Positions 45,553 to 58,626 of a stretch of 64,000 nucleotides of DNA are shown here, one piece after another. The first letter of the stretch is position 1, and each line of letters starts with the position of its first letter. The translations under genes were made by a program, and so were the position numbers. The notes beneath the pieces were generated by a model, which worked only from the letters and a program-made list of their open reading frames with translations, did not search any database and had not been told where the DNA came from. This DNA comes from Tubulanus polymorphus (lineage: Eukaryota; Animalia; Nemertea): contig NC_134026.1 in NCBI RefSeq assembly GCF_964204645.1, forward strand, positions 5,417,950 through 5,481,949. Direction: 5' to 3'.

Positions 45553-48500
45553 TTTAGGTTCTGAAAATAGACAAAATTGAAAATAGCCGTCAGTTACTGT
45601 GTCGATATTCAATTTCCAAGATGAAACATAAGCGCAATCGCGTATTTTGTATATTCATGACCCCATGAACGAGGCGAGAAACATCAGAAATCGCCTAATA
45701 AGTAAAAACCCACAGTTGATGATTAGAACGTTTATTGTCTGACAGTTTTACTTATTGACTCTGAATACTGAGATTTTGATATCTCTAGTCATCAGATATC
45801 GCCTCTTTACCGTTACCATAAAACATTAGAGTCATAATAACGAATTTAACTTTACTCCACGCCGTTACTAATTGACGCAACGATCTTCATTTACTACATT
45901 GTTTTAGTTCTGAGGCGCAGAAATAATTTGTAATCAGACACTCATCAAATGGTGATGATACTGGGGGATTTTTAGGTCGAATGATTCGGGCGCGTGGAAA
46001 TCAATAGGTTTACTGGTAATGATCGATGCTTAGTCATCAGAAATATGTTCAGTTTCATTCGACATAGATCGATTACCAATATCTAGCCTGACGACATCAT
46101 TGTGGTTTGTAACGTCGATGTGATGTGAAGACTGTGAACTTTATATCATTCGCAGGACACCTCTATTCTCGCATACTAAATATATACATATTCATTCATA
46201 AGAAATTTCATGTAAACAGCGATTCTACAATGTTACTTGGTGATGATTTTATTATACATCGGTCCGACAAACCGTGGACGTTACACGAACGGGGGTTAAG
46301 TTTTGATTCGAATTAGCAAACTAACCCGAATTAATGGCTTAATCCCTGTTCGCGAAACCGGGCCCGGGCCAAACAGTTGTTCGTATAGTCCACAGACAAA
46401 ACGAAATCTCTACTGAAATGAAAGTTACAACGAGGGACATATGTATGAAAAATAGCTGATGTATATATTGAAATCGATAATTAATACCGACAGAACGAAT
46501 TTACGTTTTTTACTGATATCGTCTGAACTTTCGTAAAGATATACTTTATTGTACAAATTATTAAATTCAATCTAGAAATGCATAAACGACAGTACACAAC
46601 ATTTCTAAGTATATATACCTTTACGTCTTTTGCGAAAAGAGCCGAGCATCTCTAATAGGAACTGGTCCAGTGGCATTTTGAAGGCGGTTATTCCCTCTCA
46701 ATGATAGAACAGTTTTGCGTATATTAATGAGATAAATATTGCTTTCTTAGCGCTTTCTGTTCGTGTTGACTGTAATTATGTGGACGATGTTAGCTGGTTT
46801 TTCAACCGTCACCAAGGTATATCTGTTAGAGAGCTCTTACAGCTATATTCAATGCTTTGACATAAAATCGCAATAAACTCTTTCTTTGTACAAAAACATT
46901 CGCGTGATTTATATTATTTTAGGTTTGGTCACGGTGTAAATTTCAGCGCAGAGGTACTGCTCGGGTTAATTAGGAACCATAAAAGCGGGTCGTACTCGGG
47001 TGAAGTCGACAAATTGAATTTTAACGGTGCTTTTACAGGCATTATTGATATGATTATAATGGTAAAGAAATGAACGAATGAACGAAGGCAAGGTGCATAT
47101 TAAGCATAGCAAATCCCGTATGAATATATGAAATAGCCGTTAAGTGATAAACTCACCAAAAAAACAACTATTCAATGTGTAATATACCAAACCGCATTGA
47201 AAGAGTCTTTTAGACTATGAAAGAAATTACAAAACTATCATACACAATAAAAGAATAGCTTGGTAATATGCATATCTATTATTTCAGGTTTATGAGATTT
47301 CTTTCATGCGCAGAATGAAGAATAACGAAACTTATTAATTAGTTTTCTGCTAGAAAAAATAACTAGCACTCGTTTGAATACTTAGAATACTTTAGTTATA
47401 CAATTTGACAAAACACGAACGCCACATGTAGTCATTTATCGATTACAAGTGGTATTATAGAATAAACGGGTATTCCATAAACACTAAATACACGGGGCAG
47501 ATCTAGAGGGGATGTTCGAGAGGTTCGGATCCCCTGTCATGTCCTGATGTATCCGTTTCGAAAGAAGCTAATACGAATTTAACCCGCAGCCAGACCCATA
47601 TTGGCTGTCTGATACTGACCTAATGCCTAATGCTGTCATAATCTTTTAGGCTCTTGCCCACAAGGTACGAACGTACCCTGCAAAGTCTCGGGTTCCACTA
47701 ATTTTTTTGTTAAAGGATGTTTTCCTACAGATAGCAGGATAGATAGATACTGTAACGGTGAAGTTTGAACAGGCCCAACCCTTCTTTGAAACTAACCCCT
47801 AATGTCTAAACTGTAAATGATAAAATGCCACCCAGTGCCCTTATTGGTGCGGCGATACAACGACTTACTATGAAATTAACTGCAGCAATCAGAGCTGAGA
47901 AATAAGAATATAAAAAACTTACAAATTGTTATTCATGCTTATATTATAATGTACCCAGCTCTCCAGCATCCCGTATATGATTAATAACATTGCGTGGTTT
48001 GCGGCCACTAGTAATAGCTGTTGATAGAATGGGTAACGATGGAAATATAAAAGTAACCCATTAACCACGATCGTAATTGATTAATCTTAACGGAACTCCA
48101 TATGTGGAGTTTCCGGAGTTTCAACTCATAAATCAGCGCAGATTTCTATATATTCCAATTGGTGGCGCATAGATCGGACATAGCCGCAGGTGTTCTCCGT
48201 GAAGACTGGGTAGTTCAAAAAATTATTGAAGACGAAATATAGATTAGTTAGGATATCAATTAACCGGTTATTTCAACGCTTTTAATTACTATATTTGAAA
48301 TTAGAAGAACTTTCTCCGTTAGAAAGATTTATGACATCAGCGAAGTCGACAATGCCTCTCGCGGTGGTCTGGGGGCCTCCTTCGTAAAAAATGACATTTT
48401 CTTACGCTGTAATGTACGTGGCCTTGTTTTTAATCGATTCTTATTCTTATTGCTGAGAGAAAATGAATGTACACCAACTTTTTCTGACATTTGGAAAAAT

Positions 48501-49768
48501 GGACATTGAGCACACCTCCTTTACCTCCAAAATCATTTGAGGTTGTATTGCGCAATCAGATTATTACGTTGAATTCAGAGATCATTTTTGTTATGTATAG
48601 AAATTTGTAGCCTTTTATACTTGAATGAGAATTAATTACTAATGACGACGTGAAGCGGGTTGTTAAAGCCGTTGACCTGTCTAAATTCGAGAGTTCATGA
48701 TTCTATCGGGAGAAAACTAATAGTTTTATTACTCCGTGATAAAAGATTCGCAAAAGAAATGTTTGCTTACTCCGACAACGACCGCAGATGTTTAACCGAG
48801 AACGCTGAACGAGGTCTTGCGGTGTCGTTTTTCTCACATGACTTGATGCGACGATTGCATAATCAGGTTTTTTATTGATGTCAACAATCAAAATTAGTTT
48901 GCTCAAAGGTTTTACGAAGGCCTCGTTACACAAGAAAATAAATGAGGATATGTGATATATAATACTTGATTTCAAAATGTTTCAATACATTTTGTTTATT
49001 TGCAGAGAAACGATATTTAGAAAATGTACTGATATCTAGAAGATGGGCTAAAGTGCATTATATACATATACATATACATGTGCATTATACATATGTTCTG
49101 GATATTTGACGTGGCTGTATTGTCAGAGTCAACAGGATATATTAATCAATCAACGCGATTTGTTAATTGATTATCGGTCGCACCGGATGGTCGTTGTTTT
49201 ACTGACGTGGCCTTCAAAAACCCACGTCTCTTGGTCTCGTTCTCTTCTCGGACTGTTCTGCAGCCGTCTCACTAAAGGCTTTTGCGCGGTGTCAACTGTC
49301 TGAATGATACAACGCGGTTATAACAACCAAAAGTTCTGTGCTATACTGTATCTGTACTTCGATTTCCGATTTTAAAATCAAACCCCCTGTTTCGCTCTCG
49401 GCAGGTGTGGTGGGTCTTCAAGGGACACTCAATCATAAAATCAAACGAAATTTACCTATCAAATAAATAACAGGGACAATCCCTATTATGCGTAAGATAA
49501 AAAATAAACAACCAAAAGTTCTCTTATTTCTCTGAACTAGGAACTCTGTATCATTTCTCTGAGCTAGGAACGCTGTATCAACTGAACTCAGGGTATGCCT
49601 GAATATAATAAGTGAACTTTCTATCGATCGCCATTTGAAATCTCATTGCAAATATAATTTATCTGTAAACTGATTGGTCTTTCAGTATTTTCAATCATTT
49701 TTAGTTGCTGCTTCGATGGGATTGTTAAAGTAAACTGCCGATGCGGTTTTACGTGAACAACGAACGAT

Positions 49769-50344
49769 TTATTTTGGTGTATGCCTACCTGTCGAATCGA
49801 GGATTAATTTATAATGCATCGAATCACGTCGTTTCATCCCTCTTTTCCTCTGTGAATCCTCTAACCGTTTTTGCAATTCAAAACTAGTCGTAGCTCGAAC
49901 ATTAGGTGTTACCGGCCAGGTCTCAGTTAGAAAAGCTATCGCATCGTTCTTCGCCGGCCGTTCGGGTGGAGTATCTTCGGCAATCACTGGAGTGTGAGAG
50001 GACAGTCTGGACATCATCCACGGTACTATCGATGCGCGCCTGACTATAGATAACCTTCTAGGCGCGGAGGCAGGCGGCCGATACATGAATTCATTTTCCA
50101 AATCAGCGCTATCATTGTCACCGTTTTCATCGTTGCGGTGCAATTCGAGCCTGGTAGATGACTTTCGGAAACCAAACGCCAGTTCATCACGAACTGTTAT
50201 TACCCGATCGTGCGGTATTTCAATCGGGATTTTGGTCGGTTTCTCGTCGCTGAATAATCTTTCCATCACAACCGTTGAAAATCCTTTCAACAAAATACGC
50301 GCAATGATTTTTTCACTTTTGTTAAAATCGAACGAACGAGTTTT
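49769..50344 (-). CDS. Putative terminal coding exon of an uncharacterised protein
   Basis: 576-bp stop-free frame starting exactly at a tttctgtag acceptor (KTRSFDFNKSEKIIARILLKGF...GRHTPK*). Composition is protein-like, with RRLS/RRAS/RRDS basic-kinase motifs. Candidate AATAAA at 48995-49000 (-). No family recognised and upstream exons unresolved. Confidence 0.45.
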   Translation of the reverse strand, partial: KTRSFDFNKSEKIIARILLKGFSTVVMERLFSDEKPTKIPIEIPHDRVITVRDELAFGFRKSSTRLELHRNDENGDNDSADLENEFMYRPPASAPRRLSIVRRASIVPWMMSRLSSHTPVIAEDTPPERPAKNDAIAFLTETWPVTPNVRATTSFELQKRLEDSQRKRGMKRRDSMHYKLILDSTGRHTPK

Positions 50345-52488
50345 CTACAGAAATTAGAACAGTTCCCACTGGAGAATATTTAATACGGTATTCCTGGCGA
50401 CCGCGATGTTACAAATTGCTCAATCGGTTTTCCGCGCCTGTTTTAATACTGCAAATAATTTGCGGCTTGATTCTATTCCCCGTTGGCGTCAAACATTTTA
50501 ACGGATCAATCGACAGATACGCTTAGCAGACAGAAGGTTTTTTTAGAGACGCATTTTGCTGTTCAAACATTGCAGAATTAAACAGTACACGAGTGTGCAT
50601 ACAACAGATTAAAACTCGCTCGCCTGTTTTGGCCAATTTTACATTGATATATTTCGTGGATTAATTCTTCGACTCGCTGAGTTTTTGGTCAAATGCGAGT
50701 GACCTCTTACAAAGCTATTTCTTAGTTCTTTTATTTCTGATCGAAGTGGAACAAATCTTCGAGCTTTTCTTGATTGTAAATAAGGTGCACTTAGTAGCTT
50801 TAAGTATCTACGTACGAATTGTATTTCCATGTTTGTAAGCAATGATTTCTCACTGTTGAATTTCAAGTATATGAGAGAAAATGAAAAGTACGCGTTTGTT
50901 TGAAAGGCGGCAAAAATACGTAAAGGATCTAAATTACGGGTTTGATAGAAAGTGCCGGTTTCGCCTGTTCTGTTGAGCCATTTTATTTCATCCTGACTTT
51001 CGAACGAGTTACGATATAATTACTAAGTGATGTAGCCAGGTCATATTTCAATTCAGGTTCCTTCACAATCGAGACAAGTTACCCCCCAAAGATGTGTTCA
51101 TTCGCGTTATTCGGGTTTGAACAGAATTTATGTTTCAGAACTGAATCGTAATTTGGTTGCAATGTTCGATGTTTAGTTTTTACCCATGGACACCAAAAAC
51201 GAAAGAGTCTATGGTTTGACCTCTCCAACCATGTACTATGTCATCAACATGCTCGTAATCTAAAAGTCTCATTGTTAAGCGCGCAACACAGGACTAAGAC
51301 GTTAAAGGTTTTCCGGGTGTTAATCGTTAATAATTCATATTCAGACTGAAGGAATTGTTTCATATTTCAAGTTACAGAGGCGATATCGTGGTTGCTGCCC
51401 TACTACAGGAAGCAGCCATGGAAACATGGAACATTGATACATCAACGTCAGTGAAAGTATCAAGACATGCAAGCAACGTATATCAGGATATTGAAAAACG
51501 ATGCATTAGAAGATTTGTGCGGGATTAACGATAGTAATTTCGGAATTTGAAAAAAATTGTTAATCCAAAAATCAAGTGTATATGATTCCTTCCGTAAAAA
51601 TTGGATGAGACACTAAATAAATATATTCTATCATAGAAAATATTTGCTGATTATGCAAATGCAAATTATGAACTATCCAATTCATTCTCAATTTACGTTA
51701 TTATAGTAATTATTTCTACATTTTTCCGCTCATCTCTAGAATTTTCCATTTTGTTCTTCCCAAACAGAACACGCACGTCTATTGCGTAACTATATTGAAT
51801 ATGAATATTCGACATTACCTTAACTAATACATGGCCTACCTATGCAGATGTTATTTTGAGTTAATCAATTGTTCAGTTATATCTTTGTGCTGTATCAAAA
51901 TAAATACGTGTAAGATTTTCGACCTAACTTTAAAAAAATCGGCTAAATTCTGCCTTTTAAAACAGGGTTTTATCTTTTCAGCTCAAATCATATATTTATA
52001 TATTGACACTAATGTAATGACAAAGTGATCTACCATATTGACTACCGACTTTTAATAAAGGTAATGGACCTAGTGGAACGTTTTTGTACTGTTGTATAGT
52101 TCTGTCATTTTCCCTGAACGCTATGGTGACCGTGTGAAAGTTTTTCGCGGCACTTCTCCCGAGCATTAATTGAAATAGAAAGTAAAAACTGCATCGTTAA
52201 GAAATGAAAAGAAAGACATTGCATTTTGCAGTTTTTCGAGAAACCTCAAACTAACCAACGGACAAAAATAATGCTTTATAAGGTTGTTAGCAGACAAAAC
52301 CTTGCAATGGATGCGTAAATTTGCCTAGCAATTAGTTTCAGTCAAAACCAACAAGCAAAAATAATGCTTAAAAAGAACCTGTGACCAGATAACTGTCGGG
52401 AACCATTTGTGAATTTATCGGTTTGCCAAAATTTGCATTGTTTAGCTTGTTAAAGTTAAGATACTGATTTGAAAAAGCATCTATTTAC

Positions 52489-52642
52489 CCCATTCGTCGA
52501 CAATAACTTGAGCAAATCTAACAGCCGTCTGCAATTTTACGATTCGCTTTTTTGTTGCTTTTTTTCTTTCGTTTGAGTTGCATTTTCGAGTTTCTTCGTC
52601 TTGTATTTTCTCCATCTTCGTGAACTCTCGCTGTTTTGACAT
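52489..52642 (-). CDS. Candidate first coding exon of an unknown gene (MSKQREFTKMEKIQDEETRK...FAQVIVDEW)
   Basis: ACCATG start context, 51 open codons, and a G|gtaaat donor. It ends in phase 1, so it cannot join the phase-0 exon at 50344 directly, and I could not find an intermediate exon. Confidence 0.25.
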
Positions 52643-53736
52643 GGTTACTGTCGCGTAATATCGTAATTATAACAACTTCCTCTCCTCTGTATTACTCTGG
52701 CGGGTGGTCTGTGGTAAACGGCGACGGCTGGTTGCTGTTGCAATCGCGCGCACTCACGCTAACAAATGCAATTATCGAATAACAAATTGCGCGTTAATCT
52801 CGTAAAGTGTAAAAGTGATGGAACATTAATAGTTCGCTCTTATCATAGACGCCTATATTCACCGTTCACTTAAGTTTTTTAAACAGACTTTGATGGAAGA
52901 CAGCTTCGTGATACGATACGTAATAATAATGTGTTTGAATATGATAGCGTTGTTAAGTGTCGCTTATTGAAGTTCCACTCTGAAATTGATTAGCTGTAAT
53001 GAGTCGATCTGTGAGAAGCTTTCCCACGTATAAATTATTCAGAACATGCATTCGACAATGTTGTAACATTCATTTCGTCGAGCTTGTAGAAATTAACGAA
53101 TGCTCGCTCTGTCCGTTGGGTCCGAAAAATCAGTTGATCGGGATCGAACCTATGACAATCCTCTTCAACCATGTATGCGATTTCAAATAAGAAATTTCAA
53201 ACATATTCAATAATCGTTTATTGGTCAAAGTATAGATTTAGTGAATGAATAACATATTTTACATTCTTAGAAAATTAAGCATTCGAAAAAAGATTTCACG
53301 GTCAATCTGCAACAACCTGAAGAAAGATATTTTCGTGGAGTTTGCATAACATTTTCTGGGGCCAACAGCGCTGGCGAACTTTTTCCTAGTTAGTCGACTG
53401 GGCGAAAGCAAGACCGAACGTACTATAATTCGGTCTTAACGCATTTCACAGTGTCAGCTGTCTTGGAAGCAGGTCTGGTCTACTAGGGAGGATGACTGTC
53501 ATGCTGCTCTTGAGTAGTTCCGCTTTTTCTGGACAGCCCAACGACACGACACCGGGAAACACTTAGAAACAAGACATGTTCGATCGCGGAAACATTTCTC
53601 CTGTTTCCGTATTTTCCCTGCGTCAAGTGCGTCTCACTCTAAGTCAAGTCGGTCGCAGCCCGTTGATGGACGGCTGGCTCCAATGGAGTCCTCCTGATAC
53701 TGCTCCTCGCCAATGACCGGCTAGTGCTGCCACCAT

Positions 53737-53750
53737 GTTTCCATGGAAAT
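53737..53750. promoter_or_regulatory. RFX X-box upstream of CIMAP2
   Basis: GTTTCCATGGAAAT is one mismatch from the palindromic X-box GTTTCCATGGAAAC and lies about 135 bp before the ATG of a ciliary gene. Confidence 0.6.
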
Positions 53751-53884
53751 AACATGTAGTTTGACATGTACATGTAAAATGTCAAATCGTGAAGGAAGAA
53801 ATCCATTATTGTTAATGATGTCTTAAATAGCGATTACTCGTACCAGTTTATTATTTCATACAAGACACTACTCATCTATTAAAT

Positions 53885-56800
53885 ATGACCGATAAGAAAT
53901 TCAAAGGAGCCCCGTTCGGCGTTCAGACTTCACGGTAGGGTTAGGGCCTTAATGCTTTAGTTTTCAGTCAGCAGGAGCCTCCTCTCCTCACTCAAGACTC
54001 AACAACTCATCTCTCTTATCTACCTGTTTCTACATATTACCTATTTTACTGTATATATCAGTGCAAAGTTTAGTGGTTATTAATATCTCTAACTTCATAA
54101 TAGCCCTCAATTCAGGCTCGGCTTCCAAATCCTCGCAGTAAAATTATATTCCGTTGAATTATCTATTTTTAGATTTGACGTATCAGGCGTTCATCCGAAG
54201 AGTAAAACACCTGGAACATTTACGCAAATTCCATACGACAAAAAATCAATATGTGAATTGGTAAGTGGCGAAGGAATTGTCAATTTAGAAATATGAGTTC
54301 GCCATTCTAAATCGCTAAATAATCTGGATCAAATTTGTTCTATCTATCTTTCAGAATCGACGCTTAGGCCCGGGTAGTTATCACGTAGATACAGGCGATT
54401 TCTCCGACAAAGCCGTAATCCATCGCGCTTCGGGTCCGGGATGGGCACGAGCTTATGAGGTTTCTAAAATGGCTGCACTTCCACATCTACTGCACAAAGA
54501 ACAATGGGAACTGAAAAAACTGCTTGTAAGTCTATAGCGATCTCTTGTTTAGCCAGGGGCGGATCGAGAGAGTGGTCTCCCTGATCCCTCAGATCCCTGC
54601 TGTCCAATCAAGATTGTCCTTTTAGTTAAGGCAGAGATCAAAGCCTACAAATTTGATTCTATCCTCTCAAAAGCATCTATTGGGATGTATTTCTTCGAAG
54701 ATATCTATTAAAAACAAAGGGTGAGACCCTATAGAGGCCTTTGACATAGCTGCTATATCTGAGAGATACCTTTCATTTTCTTCCGGGGCACGGCGATCCC
54801 TTCCTATATTTGCCCCATCTATTCGATCTGAGGAATCATGGATTTTTTAATTAATCATTTCATCTTTGAAAAGGAGCGGAAACTTGGACCTGGAACGTAT
54901 AACATCAAAGATTTTCTAACGGATCAGCGTCCTCATAGCATTCGTGGTATCTGTCAAACAAAAGAACAAAGATTCAAAGAGCCATCCACTTTAGTAAGTA
55001 TCGGTACCTTTAAATCACTTATAGAGCATTCCTATAGTCCACATATATTTTTGTGATTAGCTTAAAAACAGTAAATTCAGTTTAAGTATAGTTAGTGAAC
55101 CCTGAGGATGACGTATAACTGTAGAATGAGACTCTTTTTGTAATGTCCATTTAGAATGATACACCGGGACCGGGTACCTATGGTAAAGGAGGCGTACCAC
55201 ATGCAGCATTGGAAGAGAAAGGGTTCAAGTCAACTAGTACTGTGGGCATGTTAGACGCCGGTTCATCGCAGCCTAGATCACTTCCGATGGTGGTAAGTCG
55301 CGAAGAAAAAGCCTTCATTACGCACGTTACCCACAAGATGTATGAATTTAAAGATGTTTGATTTTATTCAGGGATCCGATCTTGGACCGGGAAGTTATAA
55401 CTTCGAAAGTTTCACGGATCAAACCGCTAAGAAACTAACGAGTCTACGAGGACCGTATGATCTCTTCACGGGAGAACGCAATAAACCAATCACTACAGGT
55501 CACTACGCATCACCGGTAAGTTTTATATCAGCTGTATTTAGATATTAAGTTAGAATAGTCACCCTTGAAGTGTGTACACAGTTCTGCTGATTTGCCAGGC
55601 TTCTTTTCAGGGCTGTCACAAGGATTTTTCTAAAAGGGGGACAGAATTTATATGAGCGGAATTGCCACGAATTCTTGAAACCTTTTGAATGTTCTTTCAT
55701 AATCTTATATTTTAAATTTGAAGCTTGATAGGGGGGTTTTCTGGACCTTTTTAGGCAAAATATTTGTGAAATTTCTTGAATGTGAAAAAAAAATTTGGAT
55801 CTGAAAAAATGTGGAACTTGGGTTTTAAAAGGGGGTCGTCCGTAACCCTCGACCCTGCTCTGACGATGCCCTGCCTCGACCCAAGTATGCCATGCAGGAA
55901 TTAGGCTCATAGCTTCTATTGACCATCTCCCCATAGTTGCTCAATGAATAGTCTCTCTGTTTTTAGTTGAGTGGCATTAGTTTTTGGTATTGTTAAATTG
56001 GGATTTGTGGTTTCTACAAATCCTCGATGTTTGTTAAAGGTTATAATACACTGTTTTTTGTCTTTTTTTCAGATAAGTCATCTCGGTCCCGGTCAATACG
56101 AGCTGAAATCGTTCCTCGACGATATGACAAGTGAACACAGCAAAAAACAAGGAAAGTTCGGAAAAGTTGAACAATATCCAGCGAAACATAGCGACCGTAT
56201 TTACTGTTGTACACTACCGCAAGTACCACGCAATCCTGTACGTTTTAGCATATTAATTCATAAGTCCATTTGAAATTTCTTGTCAAAAAAGAATTCATGA
56301 GTTATGTTGTGCAAATTTATATTCTCGCAGGAAGATCCGGGCCCAGGAAACTACGATCCCGATAATCCCAATCTGAAGAAACCGAGCTTCGCGAAGAAAT
56401 CCCCCGGTTTCCTGTCGTCCGCTCAGAGGAATGATCGAATCGCGCAGAAATTCTTCACTAGAAACTTTGTAAGTACGAGTCTAACCCCCATTTCATAGAT
56501 CAGGGGCGTATTAAGGGTTTAATGCTTTTACTCATTGCTTTTCTTCTATAGAATCCAGTCGGAGCCGGTCGGTATGATATACAGAAATGGGAAGAATCTC
56601 ATCACATCAATGCGCATAAGAGCGTATTCGATTCGAAAACCGGGCGATATCAACCATCGATGGAAAAGTTCTATAAGTAAGCAGATTTCGCTGAAGTACT
56701 ACTTCGTACAAAGACTATAGCCTATAGTTGCGATCCTTTGAAGGCCCGACGCATGAGGGTTCTAACGAGAATTTAGTTTTGCTAATCAATAGTAATGGAA

Positions 56801-57177
56801 TCTTAAAAATGTTTCAGAGTACATGCCACACATAATCTTAAATTTGTTTATTTACTCGGTTACATTTACGGAAATCGCTCAGAGGCCATATTGAAGCATC
56901 GAATTCTCAAAAATTTCTGTCTGGGAGAAGGTCCAAGATAAAAGCTTCAGTTCCAACCGATGTTAAACACAAACTCACTCGCATATTCCTCAAGCCTGTC
57001 TGCTTGAATAAATCCAATGATGTTTTCATAAAATTTTTCAGAGAGAGAATTCGTGCTAAAGATCTCCGTCCCGAGGACAAAATATGTATCATTCAACCGG
57101 AGACGCCTTCGCAATACGTGCAAAGACAAAAAGACAACACGCCGATGTCAAATCAACGAGCAACGACTGTCGTTTGA
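53885..57177 (+). CDS. CIMAP2: Ciliary microtubule-associated protein 2 / lymphocyte expansion molecule (C1orf177; PGPGxY STPGR-type repeats), 10 exons
   Basis: Exons: 53885-53934, 54173-54260, 54355-54525, 54874-54993, 55155-55292, 55372-55515, 56073-56237, 56331-56468, 56552-56676, 57042-57177 (TGA). Motifs KFKGAPFGVQTSRFD, LGPGTYNIKDFL, RGPYDLFTGERNKP, SDRIYCCTLPQVPRN, NPVGAGRY and ERIRAK are collinear with recalled human LEXM/CIMAP2. Confidence 0.9.
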
Positions 57178-58626
57178 ATAATTATACTCGAAATAAAACT
57201 GCCGATATTCGTCAGAGCTACTGATTTCTTTCAGACAGGTTACACCACCGGTACGCACTAAATACTCGCCCAAATTTTTCTCATTCCGATGGCCGTCATC
57301 TAGGCATAATCTGCGTTTACTTTGAAAATTCCAATAATGATTCGAATATACCCAGTACTCGGTTTTGGAGGGGCTTTGAGTGCAGATGTAATTATTTGAG
57401 TTATATATTATTTTTGTGCTGTGATTTACGTATTTACAAAATATGTTTGCTTTTTATATATACATTCTAATCAAACTGCTAAGACTCTATTGTTAAATTC
57501 TACTCTAATTACTCTATACTCACTGTATATACTATACGTTGATTACCGGTACACATGATTGTTGTTGTTATTTAGTTTTCAATACAAGACACCTTTTTAA
57601 TTTCATGTACAATAATGATTTAATTGATCGACAAAATACTCTATTGATCGTGTCCAAACTGACCAAGAGATGATCTGTGATATTATGAAAAAAGAATTGA
57701 AATAAATTGAATTTTTCAACGATAATATGTTGTTATGAGACTAGAGGATGGTAATTTGATTTGTTTCAAGCTTAACACAGCAATAACTTATCAGTGATGG
57801 GTGCTGATCAAAATATTACCAGGCCCGATATTACCCAGAGGTTGGGTGTAAATGCACTTCCCCGCAAGATCCAGTTCCGCTATTTCTTGTTTAAGAAAAT
57901 CTATGAAGTTTACATTAATTTTCCAGAATAATTACATTTGTAATGACCCTCAGCCAAATGGACCAATCCTCTAAATCCCCAAAAAATTGACTCACCCTCT
58001 GAGATAACATTTTTAGGATGGATTTCTTCAAAATTATCTAAGCCTAGATGGAGGGACCTTACCAGTCGACTCAGACATGGCTATCTTCTGTGAACAAGTC
58101 CATTCCATTCACAGAAGCTCGGCAGATACAGCACATGAAATCAGAAACAAGACTCCTTCGTTTTCTAGTTACCTGCAGAATCGGCAGGTGCAGTCAATGA
58201 ATACCCAGTCTCCACAGATCATAAACTGTACTTATGCATGTAAATTTCTATGGCCTTTGGATCAATGGTTGCTGAACTTCTGTGACCATCCAATATAGCC
58301 ATTTGATTCATCACAATGCCTATGATTTTGTCCAAGGGTTAATTAGTGAATTGTGCCCAACTCAGGGCACAGTATTTGACATGTACCGATAAAGGGTACT
58401 CAATTCAAAGTATCCTTTGTGGATGAATGAGTTTTGTTGGTTTTCGCTGCAACAAATTTGGCCACCACTTTCTTGGGTAGTTGACTAACCCAAGTTCAGT
58501 ATACCCTAATTCAGGATAAATATGTACAGGTCCATGTTTCGGCTACTGACTTGCAAAAAAATACATCAATCCCTTCAAAAACACCATATCACAAAACCAT
58601 TAGAACATTTTCAGCCTAAAACAAGT

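Noticed and set aside
45553-45612. N-terminal extension MNIDTVTDGYFQFCLFSEPK of the 691-aa ORF
   Set aside because: It starts at TTG and runs through a polypyrimidine tract and AG acceptor; homology begins at MRIF (45552).
53935-53947. TAGGGTTAGGG as a telomeric seed or telomerase RNA template (CCCUAACCCUA on the minus strand)
   Set aside because: Fewer than two repeats, located at the CIMAP2 intron-1 donor, and the downstream minus-strand sequence is antisense to a coding exon.
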